Counted from the stretch's first letter, positions 49,559 to 60,682 are shown. The stretch: DNA of 64,000 nt from Deltaproteobacteria bacterium (GCA_033763315.1 JANRKS010000008.1:127078-191077); one strand, 5' to 3'. A program made the numbers and translations. The notes: generated from the sequence alone by a model not told the origin.

Positions 49559-52500
49559 ATGGGTGAGGCTGACAAAATGGGGCGGACACGGCTTGCCTTG
49601 GTCCTCGTGTGCCTATGCCTGCCGCGCACGGTTGCGGCCGACACAGTCACGCTCACGGCCGTCGTTTCGGATGTGGTGCCTGCCGACGATAGCGTGCGGG
49701 AAGAAGCCGCAGCCGTAAGCTTGCTGCTGCGCTCAATGTTGGTCGAGCGCCAAAGGCATTTTGTGCCTCGGCACGAACTGGCGCTCGCCTTGCCAAGCAA
49801 CAAAGCCGATCGCACAGAGGCGCTGGCAGTTCCCCCCGCCAATGCCGTTGAGTTCATGAAGAAGATGCTCTCCGATCGCCTCTTCACTGGACGGTTGGAG
49901 GCTAAAGGAGATCGCTTGCTCGCCAGCGGCGACGTATGGAGCCCCAGTGGCTCGCTGCGATCATGGAAGGCGGCCGCGCCCCACGGCGACGTCTATGAAC
50001 TGGCGCGGCAAATTGCGCGCCAGGCGGCGCCTCTGATCGAAGCGGGCTTCATTGAGGTGCCCGAAAGATCGCTCCGGCAGCTGCGCCCCTTGGCCATCGC
50101 TCAAAGCCGGCTGCTCAAAGGCGATGCACCAGGAGCAACGCAGGCGTTGTCGTGGCTTGTGCCCGGCGCCGCTGATGGGCTTTCAGCGGCGCAGGAAGTG
50201 GCGCAGCAAGTGTGGCGAACCGCCGACGTCACAGCCACTGACCGCATGGCCGTGGCCGTGGCTTTGGGCGAGCCCACCGCCATGCGCACGTTCGCAGATA
50301 AGGTTATCAAGGCGGATCCTCACAATGTCGAAGCACACGCGACCCGTGTGCGTGCGCTGGTGCGCATGGGTGATTTGCCCAACGCCGAGAAAGAATTAAG
50401 GCTGCTCAAGCCCAAGACCAGCTATGCCGCCGTGGCTGTGGCCGCAGCGGAGTACGCGGCCGCCGCGAAAGCGTCGCAAGAGGTGCGGGACGATGCGTTT
50501 GTGCCCTTACTGTCACAGCCTGCCAAGGAATGGAAGCAAGCGTTGGTTTATCTCGCATCCACCAAGGGTGGAGCGTTCAGCACGGAACTCGAAACCGCCA
50601 TCCTCGGCAAAGCGCTGTCGTTTATAGAGGAGGCGCCCGATCTTTGCACTTCGCTCGGTCTGCGCGCGTTGACCAGTGATGGCGCGTCGGGGGCCTTGGC
50701 CCTCATCGTCGCTAAGTACATGGGTGCCAGCGATGGCGAAGGTGTGCAGCAGCGCCTATCGGCGCTCGCCAACAGCAACACGCCGAACGCGGCCGCACTG
50801 AACCAAGAAGTGGCCTTGCGCATAGAGGTCGCCAAGAAAATTCGGCTGGAGGATGCGGGCGGAGCCCCCAGCGGCGCAAGCGTCACGTTGCTTAACGCTT
50901 TGGCCCCTGTGTTGGAAGGCTTCGAGAAGCTGTCAGGCCGCGCTTTCAATAGTGTTGCCATCGTGCCGTTGCAGGGCAGCGGCCAGTTCGTGCTGTGGCC
51001 GTTCGCTGTCAAAGAAGATGTGTTGAAGGTGGGGCTCGCCGCCGCGCTTGCGGGACCGCCCCATAGCATGGCCGTCAAAGCGGCCCCCGTTGAACTGCCG
51101 CTTGGCGAAAGCGAACTTGCCGCCACCGCTGTGGTGTCACTGGCAAGCAAGGCCAACGTGGATTCGTTGTTGCTTTACCGCGTGCGCCCCGAAGGCCGCG
51201 ACGCGCACGTTTGGCTTACACTCGCCGACGCCGTGACGGGGCAAACTTGGCAACAAGACGCCGTGATTCCAGGCGCCGCCACGGGCCTGGTGGGACTCAA
51301 TAGCAACTTGCTGTTGTTCATCCTGTCGTTGCTGGTGATCGCCGCGGCCATCACCGTGCGCAAGCTGCTCAGCGGCGCCGTTGTGGTGCAGATTAAGGAC
51401 GATCCAGAGATCAAAGAAAGTCTGCTTTGCGTACGCATCAGCAAGAACCCCACACCACCTGCCGTGACCAACGCGGTGAACTTTGCCGAACGCACGCGCT
51501 CTGCCCCACCTTCACGCTCGCGTTATGCCGCCACCCGCGTTGACAACCGCACCTCGTTCGCGGGCGTCCCGCGGGGCGCGTGGTACGTCCATCTTTACGG
51601 TGCGTTCAAACGTGGCGCTGAACTGCAAGTGGTGGCGGGTGAGGTGTTTAGCCGCCAGATCACCATCGCACCCGGCCGTACTTTATCCGTAAATTTTGCT
51701 CTCGACGCCTCGTTGGCTCGCTTCGCGATCTCGGTCACTGACAATGAGCGGGCCGTGGCGGGGGCCGAAGTGTGGCTCAACGATCAGAAGGAACGGAAAA
51801 CCACCACGAACAGCGAAGGGCTTGCCGTGCTGGACGCACCTCGTGGCAAACACGTCATTCACATCGTCAGCAACGATCTACATGTCAAACGTCCCTACGA
51901 TGTGTTGCAGACCAAGTTGCTTGAGGTGAAAGTGAAACTCGATTGGGAGCGGCGCCGCGACGATGCGTCTCGCTCGCTGGATCGCGACGCTCAAGAAGAC
52001 GTTCACCCTGTGGCGTATGAGCTTCCCGCCAACGCGCCCGTGGCCGCCGCCGCGTCAGGTGGCTTTCCAGTGGTGCGAAGCTCAGCTCCGATGTCGCGGC
52101 GCGATCCAGTGTTCGCCTTCCCGTCGCTGCCGAACGATAGTCCCACGCAAGCGCCCGGCCTTTCTGCTTTGGGCATGGCAATGGACGCACCTTTGGGCCA
52201 AGCCATGCCGGGTCTTGAAGCCATTTCGATCGGCAACGTTGTGTCATCGTTCGATTCATTGGCGATGGCGCCAGCGGTTTCATCCAATGTCGTGGCGGGC
52301 CGATACGAGAAGCTGTCGCAGTTGGGAGCCGGCGCCATGGGTGTGGTGTTCAGGGCACGCGACAACGTCTTGGATCGAGAAGTGGCGCTCAAGATCATGA
52401 GTCCCGACATCCGCGACAACCCCGCTGTCGCCGAGCGCTTTATTCAGGAAGCCAAGGCGTTGGCACGGCTAAACCACCCGAACATTGTCACCGTCTTCGA

Positions 52501-53092
52501 CCAAGGCAAAGATCAGAACGGCGAGCTGTTCATGGTGATGGAATTGGTTGATGGTGGCGCGCTTGATGATCTGTTGACTCAACAAGTGAAGTTTCCCTTG
52601 GCTAAGGCCATTGATCTCATCGATCAGTTGGCCGCGGGCATGGGCTACGCGCACAGCCGCCGCATCATCCACCGTGACATCAAGCCCGCGAACATGTTCG
52701 TCACGCGCGACGGACACGTCAAGATCGGCGATTTCGGTTTGGCGCGCGCGGTGCAGGCCGCCAAGATCACAAAAACCATGATTCAAGGCACACCGTTGTA
52801 TATGTCGCCTGAACAGATTTTGGGACGCGACGTCGACTTTCGCGCCGATCTGTATTCCATTGGCTGCACGTTCTATGAGCTGCTCGTCGGGCAGCCGCCC
52901 TTTATCGAGGGCGAGGTGCTTTACCACCACATGCACACCGTGCCGCCCAAACCTTCTGAATACGACCCCAGCTTGCCAGCTTCCGTTGACGCTTTGGTCA
53001 TGAAGTGTTTGGAAAAGGCAAAAGAAGATCGGATCGAATCCGCCGAGGCTCTGCGTGAAGGCCTTCGCCTCATTCGCGCGGTGCTTGTTTAG
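49559..53092 (+). CDS. Receptor-like protein with C-terminal Hanks Ser/Thr kinase
   Basis: N-terminal signal peptide, helical/TPR-like region, single internal TM ([17 protein letters not shown]), beta-rich repeats, then [26 protein letters not shown]. Start 49559 or 49577. Confidence 0.88.
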   Translation: MGEADKMGRTRLALVLVCLCLPRTVAADTVTLTAVVSDVVPADDSVREEAAAVSLLLRSMLVERQRHFVPRHELALALPSNKADRTEALAVPPANAVEFMKKMLSDRLFTGRLEAKGDRLLASGDVWSPSGSLRSWKAAAPHGDVYELARQIARQAAPLIEAGFIEVPERSLRQLRPLAIAQSRLLKGDAPGATQALSWLVPGAADGLSAAQEVAQQVWRTADVTATDRMAVAVALGEPTAMRTFADKVIKADPHNVEAHATRVRALVRMGDLPNAEKELRLLKPKTSYAAVAVAAAEYAAAAKASQEVRDDAFVPLLSQPAKEWKQALVYLASTKGGAFSTELETAILGKALSFIEEAPDLCTSLGLRALTSDGASGALALIVAKYMGASDGEGVQQRLSALANSNTPNAAALNQEVALRIEVAKKIRLEDAGGAPSGASVTLLNALAPVLEGFEKLSGRAFNSVAIVPLQGSGQFVLWPFAVKEDVLKVGLAAALAGPPHSMAVKAAPVELPLGESELAATAVVSLASKANVDSLLLYRVRPEGRDAHVWLTLADAVTGQTWQQDAVIPGAATGLVGLNSNLLLFILSLLVIAAAITVRKLLSGAVVVQIKDDPEIKESLLCVRISKNPTPPAVTNAVNFAERTRSAPPSRSRYAATRVDNRTSFAGVPRGAWYVHLYGAFKRGAELQVVAGEVFSRQITIAPGRTLSVNFALDASLARFAISVTDNERAVAGAEVWLNDQKERKTTTNSEGLAVLDAPRGKHVIHIVSNDLHVKRPYDVLQTKLLEVKVKLDWERRRDDASRSLDRDAQEDVHPVAYELPANAPVAAAASGGFPVVRSSAPMSRRDPVFAFPSLPNDSPTQAPGLSALGMAMDAPLGQAMPGLEAISIGNVVSSFDSLAMAPAVSSNVVAGRYEKLSQLGAGAMGVVFRARDNVLDREVALKIMSPDIRDNPAVAERFIQEAKALARLNHPNIVTVFDQGKDQNGELFMVMELVDGGALDDLLTQQVKFPLAKAIDLIDQLAAGMGYAHSRRIIHRDIKPANMFVTRDGHVKIGDFGLARAVQAAKITKTMIQGTPLYMSPEQILGRDVDFRADLYSIGCTFYELLVGQPPFIEGEVLYHHMHTVPPKPSEYDPSLPASVDALVMKCLEKAKEDRIESAEALREGLRLIRAVLV

Positions 53093-53101
53093 GAGTAATG
53101 C

Positions 53102-54289
53102 ATGTTCACTGCTGACACAGTCCGCCCCCTCATCGCCGACCTCATCGCTCGCAACGCCATCAGCATCCCGCCCTATCCTGCCAACGCCATGCGTTTGCGG
53201 GCGCTGGTTTCGGGCGGCACCTTCGGCATCAACGAGCTGTCTCGCATTGTGAAGGAAGATCAGGTCCTGGCGGCCGCGATCTTGCGTGCCGCCAACTCCG
53301 CGATGTTTCGGCGTGGTGATCCCATTACGGTCATCGACAAGGCTGTGGCGCAGCTGGGGGCAGAAGAAGTCTGTCGCGTGGCGCTCGCCGCCAGTCTTGG
53401 AAAGATTGCCGGTGGAGGCGGAAGCCTCGTTGAACTGCGGCGCATAGCCTGGCGGCAAGCGCTGGCAGGCGCGATTTGCGCGGGCCACCTTGGTTACCGC
53501 CGCGGTTTAAACGCAGAGACGGCCTTCGTGTGCACCTTGCTGCACGACTTTGGCCGCGTCATCGGCATCGCCGCTTTGGAAGAAGTTGTTCGCACGCACA
53601 AGCTGGGCGAATGTTTAAGCGCCGCAGAGTGGTCCGTCCTGGTGGAGGAAATCCACATTGACGTTGGGTTGCTGATGGGCACGCGATGGAAACTCTCCGA
53701 CGTCATATTGGAAGTGATCGCGTGCCACCACGATCCTGCGAAGGCTGAGAAGTACCCCGAGTTCGTCCAAGTCACGGCGGCCTGCGACGACATCGTTGTG
53801 CTCATGGAAAAGTGCCCTTACCTCTTGCCACACGACCTTGAAAACCTGGCCACAATCCGCGGCGCCAAGGAAGCCAACGCGCTCATGGAAGCTTTGCCGC
53901 TGATTCCCGCGTACCTCGTGCGGCTGTCCGAGATGAACGCCGAGCAAAACAACGAGGCATCGCTCGTGCAAAAGCCTTCAACGCTTCTCGAAGGCCCCCA
54001 CAAACACCTTGATATACGCACCAATTGGGTTCGCTCTAATGGCGACACCATCTGCCGGATGGAATTCATCACCGCCGATGGCCTGGCCCTCAACTGCGCG
54101 GAGCCGCTGCCCGAAGGCGGTGTGGCGAGAATACGTTTGGGCGACGCCAAGAACCCTATCGAAGTCTCGGGCCGTGTGTTGCTGACCCAGAAGGTCAACG
54201 ATCGCTACCGCTCCGAGGTGCAGCTGTTTGTGTTGCCCGGTGTGGGCAAAAGCGCGTGGGATGAACTTTACCGCCGCTCGGCCGCCTAA
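53102..54289 (+). CDS. HDOD domain protein with C-terminal PilZ-like beta domain
   Basis: IPPYP, DQVLAA.ILR.ANS, LLHDFG, W.L....VI..HH; AGGAG RBS overlapping the kinase stop codon. Confidence 0.85.
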   Translation: MFTADTVRPLIADLIARNAISIPPYPANAMRLRALVSGGTFGINELSRIVKEDQVLAAAILRAANSAMFRRGDPITVIDKAVAQLGAEEVCRVALAASLGKIAGGGGSLVELRRIAWRQALAGAICAGHLGYRRGLNAETAFVCTLLHDFGRVIGIAALEEVVRTHKLGECLSAAEWSVLVEEIHIDVGLLMGTRWKLSDVILEVIACHHDPAKAEKYPEFVQVTAACDDIVVLMEKCPYLLPHDLENLATIRGAKEANALMEALPLIPAYLVRLSEMNAEQNNEASLVQKPSTLLEGPHKHLDIRTNWVRSNGDTICRMEFITADGLALNCAEPLPEGGVARIRLGDAKNPIEVSGRVLLTQKVNDRYRSEVQLFVLPGVGKSAWDELYRRSAA

Positions 54290-54930
54290 CCACGCACCAC
54301 GCTCAACACGCCTTCAAGATCGTCCACCACGGGGCATCCCGTCAGCGCAAGGCGTTCGCGGCTCTGGTGGCCGCCGGCATGCAAAACACAGGCGCACCCC
54401 AGCGCGCGCGCGAGCTCTAGATCGTGTTCCGTGTCACCCACCAAAAGCAGCTCCTCGCCCCGCAGACCAAGCGCTTGCATCTTGGTGACGCCCACTTCGA
54501 CTTTCGAGCCGGCCTGCAGATTCGACGTGCCCTGGTGATCGCGCAGCAAGGGCATCACGCCGTAGTCGTTCAACATGAGCCCAAGCATGTTGTGCTCCAT
54601 CGCCGAGATCACAAACTGTCCATCCAAGTGATCCGCCAGGTCCGCCATCACATCGAGCGCCCCCTTGTGCAGTTGAACCGCGTGCAACGCGATTTTATAG
54701 GCGCCGATGAATTCATGCGACAGATCCTCAAACGCCCCCTCAGAGACGTCGAACCCCAGATCTGCGTAGAACGGCCGCACGGGGAAACCAAATCGCCGTT
54801 TGTAAAGGTCCCGAGTGACGTTGGGCAGCCCGCGCACCTTCAGCAAGTCGTTCAGAACGGACACGCACACGTCCACATCATCAAGCAACGTGCCATTCCA
54901 ATCCCAAATGACGTGGCGAATCTTACTCAC
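54286..54930 (-). CDS. HAD-family hydrolase (phosphoglycolate phosphatase-like)
   Basis: WDWNGTLLDD motif I variant, VISA, K, VGDT.HD. Start re-set to GTG 54930. Confidence 0.85.
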   Translation of the reverse strand: MSKIRHVIWDWNGTLLDDVDVCVSVLNDLLKVRGLPNVTRDLYKRRFGFPVRPFYADLGFDVSEGAFEDLSHEFIGAYKIALHAVQLHKGALDVMADLADHLDGQFVISAMEHNMLGLMLNDYGVMPLLRDHQGTSNLQAGSKVEVGVTKMQALGLRGEELLLVGDTEHDLELARALGCACVLHAGGHQSRERLALTGCPVVDDLEGVLSVVRG

Positions 54931-55014
54931 GGTCGATGCCAACTTAGCGGTTGGCTGCGGCGGCGGCAAGCGCGGCTTGGTTCGCATCGCCCGCAACGTT
55001 GGTATGCTGGGCGG

Positions 55015-56835
55015 ATGCTGGCTGAATGTTCGCGCTGCCGTTTGGCGCCGCTGTTGGTTGTCGCCTTCGTCATGTTTGCCTCGCGGGTCGGTCACACCGC
55101 CGCGTGCCCTGCGTCTGCTGAGCTCGACAACAAAGTGCGGCTGTGGATCTCGCCCCTTGTCGCCAAGCCCGGTGCACCGATCTCCGTGGTGGCCACGACC
55201 ACAACGGGGACCCTCCCCAAGGACGCGACGCTGATGATGGACGGCGTGCCACTGTCGCAGACCGCTGGAAACTTCTGGCGAAGCACGCGCCTTGCGAAGC
55301 TGCCGGCCAACGCGCGCCAACTCACGCTGTCATCGCAGGGCCGCACACTTGCGTGCCATAAGCTCGGCGGCCATCAATCCAAGCCCGTGCCGCCGCGGGT
55401 TGGCGCGTGGACGACGGCGGGCACATGGAACGCGCACCTCGAAGCCTATTATTCAGCGTGGATCGATCGGTTGTTCGACGCGCCTTCGGAAACAACTTTG
55501 ACCTTCAGGCCATTGGCTCCGGCGTTGGCGGACCCCGAACGCAACCTGTTGTGGAATCATCTGGCCCTAGCGGAAGACACAGGAGGGAGCAAATCGGCTT
55601 TGCGCGCCGAGCCTGACTGCGCCGATTTGCCGTATTTTCTCAGGGCCTACTTCGCATGGAAGCTGGCCCTGCCGTTCGGCTTTCACGAATGCGATCGAGG
55701 CACAGCCACAACGCCACCGCGTTGTTCAAAGTTTCATTCGAACGAAGATCCGATCAAGGCAGCCACGTCTTTGGCGGCGTTTAAGACGTTCTTGAATATC
55801 CTGGTGAACAAGGCTCATTCCGGATCGATGCGCACGGGCCTTAACGACGACGAGACAGACTTTTATCCTGTGCCGCTCAACCGTGAGGCGTTGCGGCCGG
55901 GAACTATTTTCGCTGATCCTTACGGGCACGTGCTGGTGTTGGCGCGTTGGGTGGATCGCGACAAGCAGCCCGGTTTGCTGTTCGCCGTGGACGGGCAGCC
56001 TGACGCCACCATCACGCGCAAGCGCTTTTGGGAAGGCAATTTTCTGTTTGCCAGCGACGTCCCCAGCGCGGGGGCCGGCTTCAAAGCCTACCGGCCACTG
56101 CGCATGCAAGTGGACGAAGCCAAGGCGGTCACACTGAACCCCGTCGCCAATGCCGCCATCACGGCCCCACCGCAAAGCTTCGATGCTTCGCAAGCCAAGC
56201 TTTCGCCCGATGCGTTCTATACGCAGATGTTTAGACTCATCAACCCGCAGGGCCTCGACGCCGCCACAGCTTACGATGACACCTTGGCGGCGTTGGTCGA
56301 GCAGCTGGAGGCTCGCGTGCGTTCGGTAGACAACGGCGAGGCCTTCATGAAGTCCACCGGCAACGCCTCCATCGCCATGCCGAACCGCGCACGCATTTTC
56401 GAGGCAGAAGGCGCTTGGGAAGATTACGCCACGCCTTCACGCGACATGCGCCTGTTGATCGCCATGCGTGTGTTGTTAGACTTACCCACGAAGATCACGG
56501 CCCACCCTGAGCTGTTTGCTTTGAGCGGGAAGACTGCGTCACAAGTGCGCAACGAACTTGAAGAACGGCATCGTACAGCCACACGACAGCGTAAAATTGC
56601 CTATTCGAATAGTGCGGGCCAAGTCGTAGAGTTGACCGTGGCTGACATCCTCAACCGCAAAAAGGCGCTGGAAATGGCATATAACCCGAATGATTGCGTT
56701 GAGATACGCTGGGGTGCCGATGTCAATTCGGCAGAGGCCAAGACGTGCACGCGCCACGCCCCCGCTGACCAACGCGAGCGAATGGAGGCCGTCCGCTCCT
56801 GGTTTGCCAGAATGCGTCGCCCCACCCGAGATTAA
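55015..56835 (+). CDS. Exported hypothetical protein with possible Cys-His catalytic pair
   Basis: Signal-like N-terminus; DCADLPYFLRAY and DPYGHVLV motifs. Start re-set to ATG 55015. Confidence 0.7.
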   Translation: MLAECSRCRLAPLLVVAFVMFASRVGHTAACPASAELDNKVRLWISPLVAKPGAPISVVATTTTGTLPKDATLMMDGVPLSQTAGNFWRSTRLAKLPANARQLTLSSQGRTLACHKLGGHQSKPVPPRVGAWTTAGTWNAHLEAYYSAWIDRLFDAPSETTLTFRPLAPALADPERNLLWNHLALAEDTGGSKSALRAEPDCADLPYFLRAYFAWKLALPFGFHECDRGTATTPPRCSKFHSNEDPIKAATSLAAFKTFLNILVNKAHSGSMRTGLNDDETDFYPVPLNREALRPGTIFADPYGHVLVLARWVDRDKQPGLLFAVDGQPDATITRKRFWEGNFLFASDVPSAGAGFKAYRPLRMQVDEAKAVTLNPVANAAITAPPQSFDASQAKLSPDAFYTQMFRLINPQGLDAATAYDDTLAALVEQLEARVRSVDNGEAFMKSTGNASIAMPNRARIFEAEGAWEDYATPSRDMRLLIAMRVLLDLPTKITAHPELFALSGKTASQVRNELEERHRTATRQRKIAYSNSAGQVVELTVADILNRKKALEMAYNPNDCVEIRWGADVNSAEAKTCTRHAPADQRERMEAVRSWFARMRRPTRD

Positions 56836-56942
56836 GACATTGAAGTTATCTTTGTTAAACCCCGATGATCTTAGGCAATGCAGCTCAAGGATGAGCTGCG
56901 AGGGTCACTCGCCTTCGATGGCGAAGAGATAGGAATTTCAAC

Positions 56943-57875
56943 ATGCAGCGCGCGGCGGGCGAGGAGCGACTGGTAAGAATCAAGCGCGCTTTGATCGTTT
57001 CGGCGGCTGTGTTTTTGGTGTTCGGTGCCACAAGTTGTGACGGCGATGGCACGTTGACCGATGGCAACGTCCCCTCTTCACGAAATCTCAAAGTCACCGT
57101 TTCTCGATCGGTGGATCAGCTCGGCCCCGGGGATGATGTGGAGATCACTTTGGTTGCCGAAAACGTTGGCACGGGTGGAGATCTCCGGGACATCGAAGTA
57201 TTGGTGCCGTTGTCGCGTTCGCTCGATCCCATCCGTTGGACCGGCGACCTAGGCAGCCGCCAAAACATCGCGGGCGCCCCCACCAATCTGTCGATCTGGA
57301 CGTTGAAAAAGCTTTCGCCAGGGCAGCGGGCCACACACAAGATCACGTTGCAGGCCCGCGCCGGCGACGACGTGGTGGCGTATAACGGTGCGCTTGCGTT
57401 CGCGCAGAACGAGGAAGGCTCGTTGCTGGACAACGGGTCGATCAGCCTTGTGCCCGTTTCGTCAGGCCAGGTGGTGGCCAACGATGTCAACCTTCGCTTG
57501 CGTGCGGCCGGACCAGGCAACCCTATCAAAGAGGGTGAGGTGTTCGCCATTCGCATGACCATCGACAACCTGAATGTGACCGACACCGCACACGATGTTT
57601 TGTTGTTGGGACTTTTGGATCCTCGGGTTGAATTCGACACACTCAAGCCGGCAACCGGTGCCGCACCCGTGCCGCCCAAGCGCACGTTCTCGTGGCAACT
57701 CAAGCAAATCCCAGGCGGCAGCCAGGCATGGATGGAAATGCATCTGCGTGCCAAACAAAATGTGGACCTGAGCGAAACCGCAGATTTCTTCACAAGCGCT
57801 TTTCTGGCGGCGCGTGAAGCGGATCCAGACTTGTCTGACAACTGGATCTTGCTCGGTAGCCACATCGCGAAGTGA
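56943..57875 (+). CDS. Lipoprotein with two DUF11-like Ig domains
   Basis: Lipobox GATSC; two repeats of (P/K).G.....I...N......W.L..(L/I).PG; DPDLSDN tail. Confidence 0.7.
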   Translation: MQRAAGEERLVRIKRALIVSAAVFLVFGATSCDGDGTLTDGNVPSSRNLKVTVSRSVDQLGPGDDVEITLVAENVGTGGDLRDIEVLVPLSRSLDPIRWTGDLGSRQNIAGAPTNLSIWTLKKLSPGQRATHKITLQARAGDDVVAYNGALAFAQNEEGSLLDNGSISLVPVSSGQVVANDVNLRLRAAGPGNPIKEGEVFAIRMTIDNLNVTDTAHDVLLLGLLDPRVEFDTLKPATGAAPVPPKRTFSWQLKQIPGGSQAWMEMHLRAKQNVDLSETADFFTSAFLAAREADPDLSDNWILLGSHIAK

Positions 57876-58083
57876 GCCAGCGGCAGCCGCGTTCCAACGC
57901 CGCCACGGGGTAAGCCCCTTGCCTACATGGCCCGGTGGACAGCCTTCGGCAGCAACCGTATTCTTACAAGGCCCTTTGGTTGAGTTTCACGGCTCGCGTT
58001 GTGTGCGAATCCACGCGCGGTCGAAGAAAACGCCGGGGACAGGAAGAACGGAAATCGCCATATCGCAATAGGAACCGAAGGAC

Positions 58084-58536
58084 ATGGGAAAGAAGCTGTA
58101 CGTTGGCAATCTGTCGTTTGACGCCACCGAAAATGAAGTGCGCGATGCGTTCGCCGCCAGCGGCGACGTCGCAGCGGTAACGATCGTAACGGATCGCATG
58201 ACTGGAAAATCGCGCGGTTTTGCGTTCGTGGAAATGGGCACCGACGAAAACGCCGCTCGCGCGATCGATCATATGAACGGCCAGTCCTTGCATGGCCGTC
58301 CTTTGCGCGTCAGCGAGGCGATCGAACGACCACGTGGCGGCGGCCGCGGCGGTGGCTATGATCGTGGCGCCGGTGGCTACGACCGTGGCGCCGGTTATGG
58401 TGGGGGAGGCGGTTATGGCGGGGGAGGCGGAAATGAACGAGGCGGTGCAGGAGGGCGACGCGGCGAGCGCGGGGATCGTGGGGATCGTGGCGACCGCGGG
58501 GATGGCGGCGGCAGGCGCGACCGCGGCCGCTGGTAG
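58084..58536 (+). CDS. RRM RNA-binding protein with Gly/Arg-rich tail
   Basis: RNP2 LYVGNL, RNP1 RGFAFVEM; GGYDRGA and RGD repeats. Confidence 0.95.
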   Translation: MGKKLYVGNLSFDATENEVRDAFAASGDVAAVTIVTDRMTGKSRGFAFVEMGTDENAARAIDHMNGQSLHGRPLRVSEAIERPRGGGRGGGYDRGAGGYDRGAGYGGGGGYGGGGGNERGGAGGRRGERGDRGDRGDRGDGGGRRDRGRW

Positions 58537-58567
58537 CGAGCCCCATCTCTTTGCTATATGAATCGCC

Positions 58568-58594
58568 AGGCCCGCCCATATGCGGGCCTTTTTT
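58568..58594 (+). terminator. Intrinsic terminator after the RRM gene
   Basis: AGGCCCGC-CCATAT-GCGGGCCT followed by a T-run. Confidence 0.85.
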
Positions 58595-58658
58595 CGTCGT
58601 TTTCGGCGCCGTTTTGTGGTCAAAAGGGCGCCTACCAACTGTTGAAAGCCGTTACACA

Positions 58659-59741
58659 ATGAACAAACGCATACTTTTCTCCCTCGCGCTGTCGTCCGTC
58701 CTCGGACTTGCCTGTCAAAAGCAAGCGCCCCCCGCGCCGCCCGCGATCACCGCTCCCAAAGCCGCTGCGGCCAGCACCGGTGGCGTGGATCCAGCGAAGA
58801 CCGTGGCCACGATCGACGGCCAAGAAGTCAAGATGGCGGAAGTGGACGAGTTGGCAAAAGCTGATTTGGGTCGCGCCGATGCCGAACACGCCGAGCGCGT
58901 TCACGGCATTCGTTCGCAAGCGCTGACCTCGCTCGTCGAGAAGCGTTTGATTGAAAAGAAGGCGAAGGCCGAGAACATCACGCCTGAACAGCTGATCGAA
59001 CGAGAAGTCAACGCCAAGGCGCCAAAGCCCACGGACAAAGAGATTCAAGAGCTCTATGACCGCACCAAGGCCAGTGGTCGTCCTTTGCCTCCGATCGAGC
59101 AAGTGCGCGAGGACATCACCAAGTTCCTTACGGGACGCAAGTCACAAGACATCCGTGACAACTTCATCAATGGCCTCAAGGCCGCCAGCAAAGTGGAAAT
59201 CAAGCTGCCGCCGTTGTTGTTGCCAAAGGTCCAGGTTGCCGCAGAAGGCCCGTCCAAAGGCGAAGCCTCGGCACCTGTGACGATTGTTGAATTCTCCGAC
59301 TTCGAATGTCCTTTCTGCAGCCGTGCAGAAGAATCGGTGAAGAAGGTCATGGAGGCCTACAAGGGCAAGGTCCGCTTGTTCTACCGCGACTTTCCGTTGC
59401 CATTCCACAGCAAGGCGCAAAAGGCCTCCGAAGCTGCGTTGTGCGCGGGTGAGCAAGGCAAATACTGGGAGATGCACGAGACGCTGTTTGCAAATCAGCA
59501 AGCGCTCGAAGTGCCAGCCCTCAAGGAACACGCCAAGAAGCTGAGCCTTGATGGTAAGAAATTCAACGAGTGCCTCGATTCGGGCCGCACAGCCAGCCAA
59601 GTCGAAGCTTCGAAGAAAGCCGGCGAAGCCGTGGGCGTGACAGGCACGCCAGCCTTCTTCATCAACGGTCGCATGATCTCTGGCGCACAGCCGTTCGAGA
59701 AATTTAAAGAAGTGATCGACAACGAGCTCGCGGGCGGTTAA
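58659..59741 (+). CDS. DsbA-like thioredoxin lipoprotein with SurA-like N-terminal domain
   Basis: Lipobox LGLAC, SDFECPFC active site, GVTGTPAFFING. Start re-set to ATG 58659. Confidence 0.9.
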   Translation: MNKRILFSLALSSVLGLACQKQAPPAPPAITAPKAAAASTGGVDPAKTVATIDGQEVKMAEVDELAKADLGRADAEHAERVHGIRSQALTSLVEKRLIEKKAKAENITPEQLIEREVNAKAPKPTDKEIQELYDRTKASGRPLPPIEQVREDITKFLTGRKSQDIRDNFINGLKAASKVEIKLPPLLLPKVQVAAEGPSKGEASAPVTIVEFSDFECPFCSRAEESVKKVMEAYKGKVRLFYRDFPLPFHSKAQKASEAALCAGEQGKYWEMHETLFANQQALEVPALKEHAKKLSLDGKKFNECLDSGRTASQVEASKKAGEAVGVTGTPAFFINGRMISGAQPFEKFKEVIDNELAGG

Positions 59742-59752
59742 CCGTCGTTCCG

Positions 59753-60682
59753 ATGAGCCTTTACCGACCCAACCACCGCATTAAGTTCGCCCTTTGCCTT
59801 GGCTTGGTGGCGACATCCGCTTCTGCGCGCGCGCATGCCGCAGAAGCGTTGGCGGTGGTGGGTGTGGCCATAGAAGGCGACACGCCGGCTCCCACAGACT
59901 TGGCGGCCGCTCTTCGCCGCGGCTTTGTGCAAGGTGGATTCGCGGTCGCCGCAGCGAAACTGGAAGCGGGCCCCGCTTGCAATCAACACGACTGCTACGC
60001 GCCGCTTGCGGCGAAGTATAAGGCCAACCTTCTGGCGTGGGCCAAGGTGCAAAGCTCGCCGCAAACCTATGAAGTTGAGATTCGGGTGGTGGCGGCCGAC
60101 AGTGGCGAGGCCATCACGGTGGATCATATTCGGTGTGCGGCCGATGATTTGTGTCCTCCGATGCCGCAAACCATGCAACGGCTGGCCAAGGAAGCCGGGC
60201 GAAAAGTGCGTTTGCGTTTGGCCGAAGCGCCCGCCGCAAAGGCGCCGCCTCCGCCAGTGGAAGTGCGCGAGCAAATGGCGCTTGCGTCCCCCGCGCCGCC
60301 CCCTCCTCCTGCCGATGTGACCGCAACGTTCGCTCCGCCTCGCGTTTACGACGTGCCTGCGCCTGTTTCCGCGGCACCACTTTGGCTTGCCGGCGCCAGC
60401 GTCGCCGTGCTCGGCGTCTCCGGTCTGATGTTCGCGTACGACAACACCTGTGACCAAGCTAAAAACCAGCCTCAGTGCTCACCTCACGAACTCACGGCCC
60501 TGGCCGTAGGTGTGGGCCTCGCAGGCCTCGTCGGCCTCGGCACCGCCACAGCTTGGTGGCTCAGTACCCCAACCCCGGTGGCCACCGCCTCAACCCCGGT
60601 GGGCTCCCAACGGGGCTTGGCTATGGTGCCATGGGCCATCTCTGACGGTGCAGGGTTGAGGCTTTTTGGGCGCCTTCCGTAA
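59753..60682 (+). CDS. Exported hypothetical protein
   Basis: Signal peptide, Cys pairs, Pro-rich linker, two hydrophobic segments and a terminal GAGLRLFGRL beta-strand like that of myxobacterial envelope proteins. Confidence 0.6.
   Translation: MSLYRPNHRIKFALCLGLVATSASARAHAAEALAVVGVAIEGDTPAPTDLAAALRRGFVQGGFAVAAAKLEAGPACNQHDCYAPLAAKYKANLLAWAKVQSSPQTYEVEIRVVAADSGEAITVDHIRCAADDLCPPMPQTMQRLAKEAGRKVRLRLAEAPAAKAPPPPVEVREQMALASPAPPPPPADVTATFAPPRVYDVPAPVSAAPLWLAGASVAVLGVSGLMFAYDNTCDQAKNQPQCSPHELTALAVGVGLAGLVGLGTATAWWLSTPTPVATASTPVGSQRGLAMVPWAISDGAGLRLFGRLP

Noticed and set aside
54424-55014. N-terminal 197 aa of the 803-aa ORF
   Set aside because: Overlaps the HAD gene on the opposite strand; the signal-like sequence starts at 55015.
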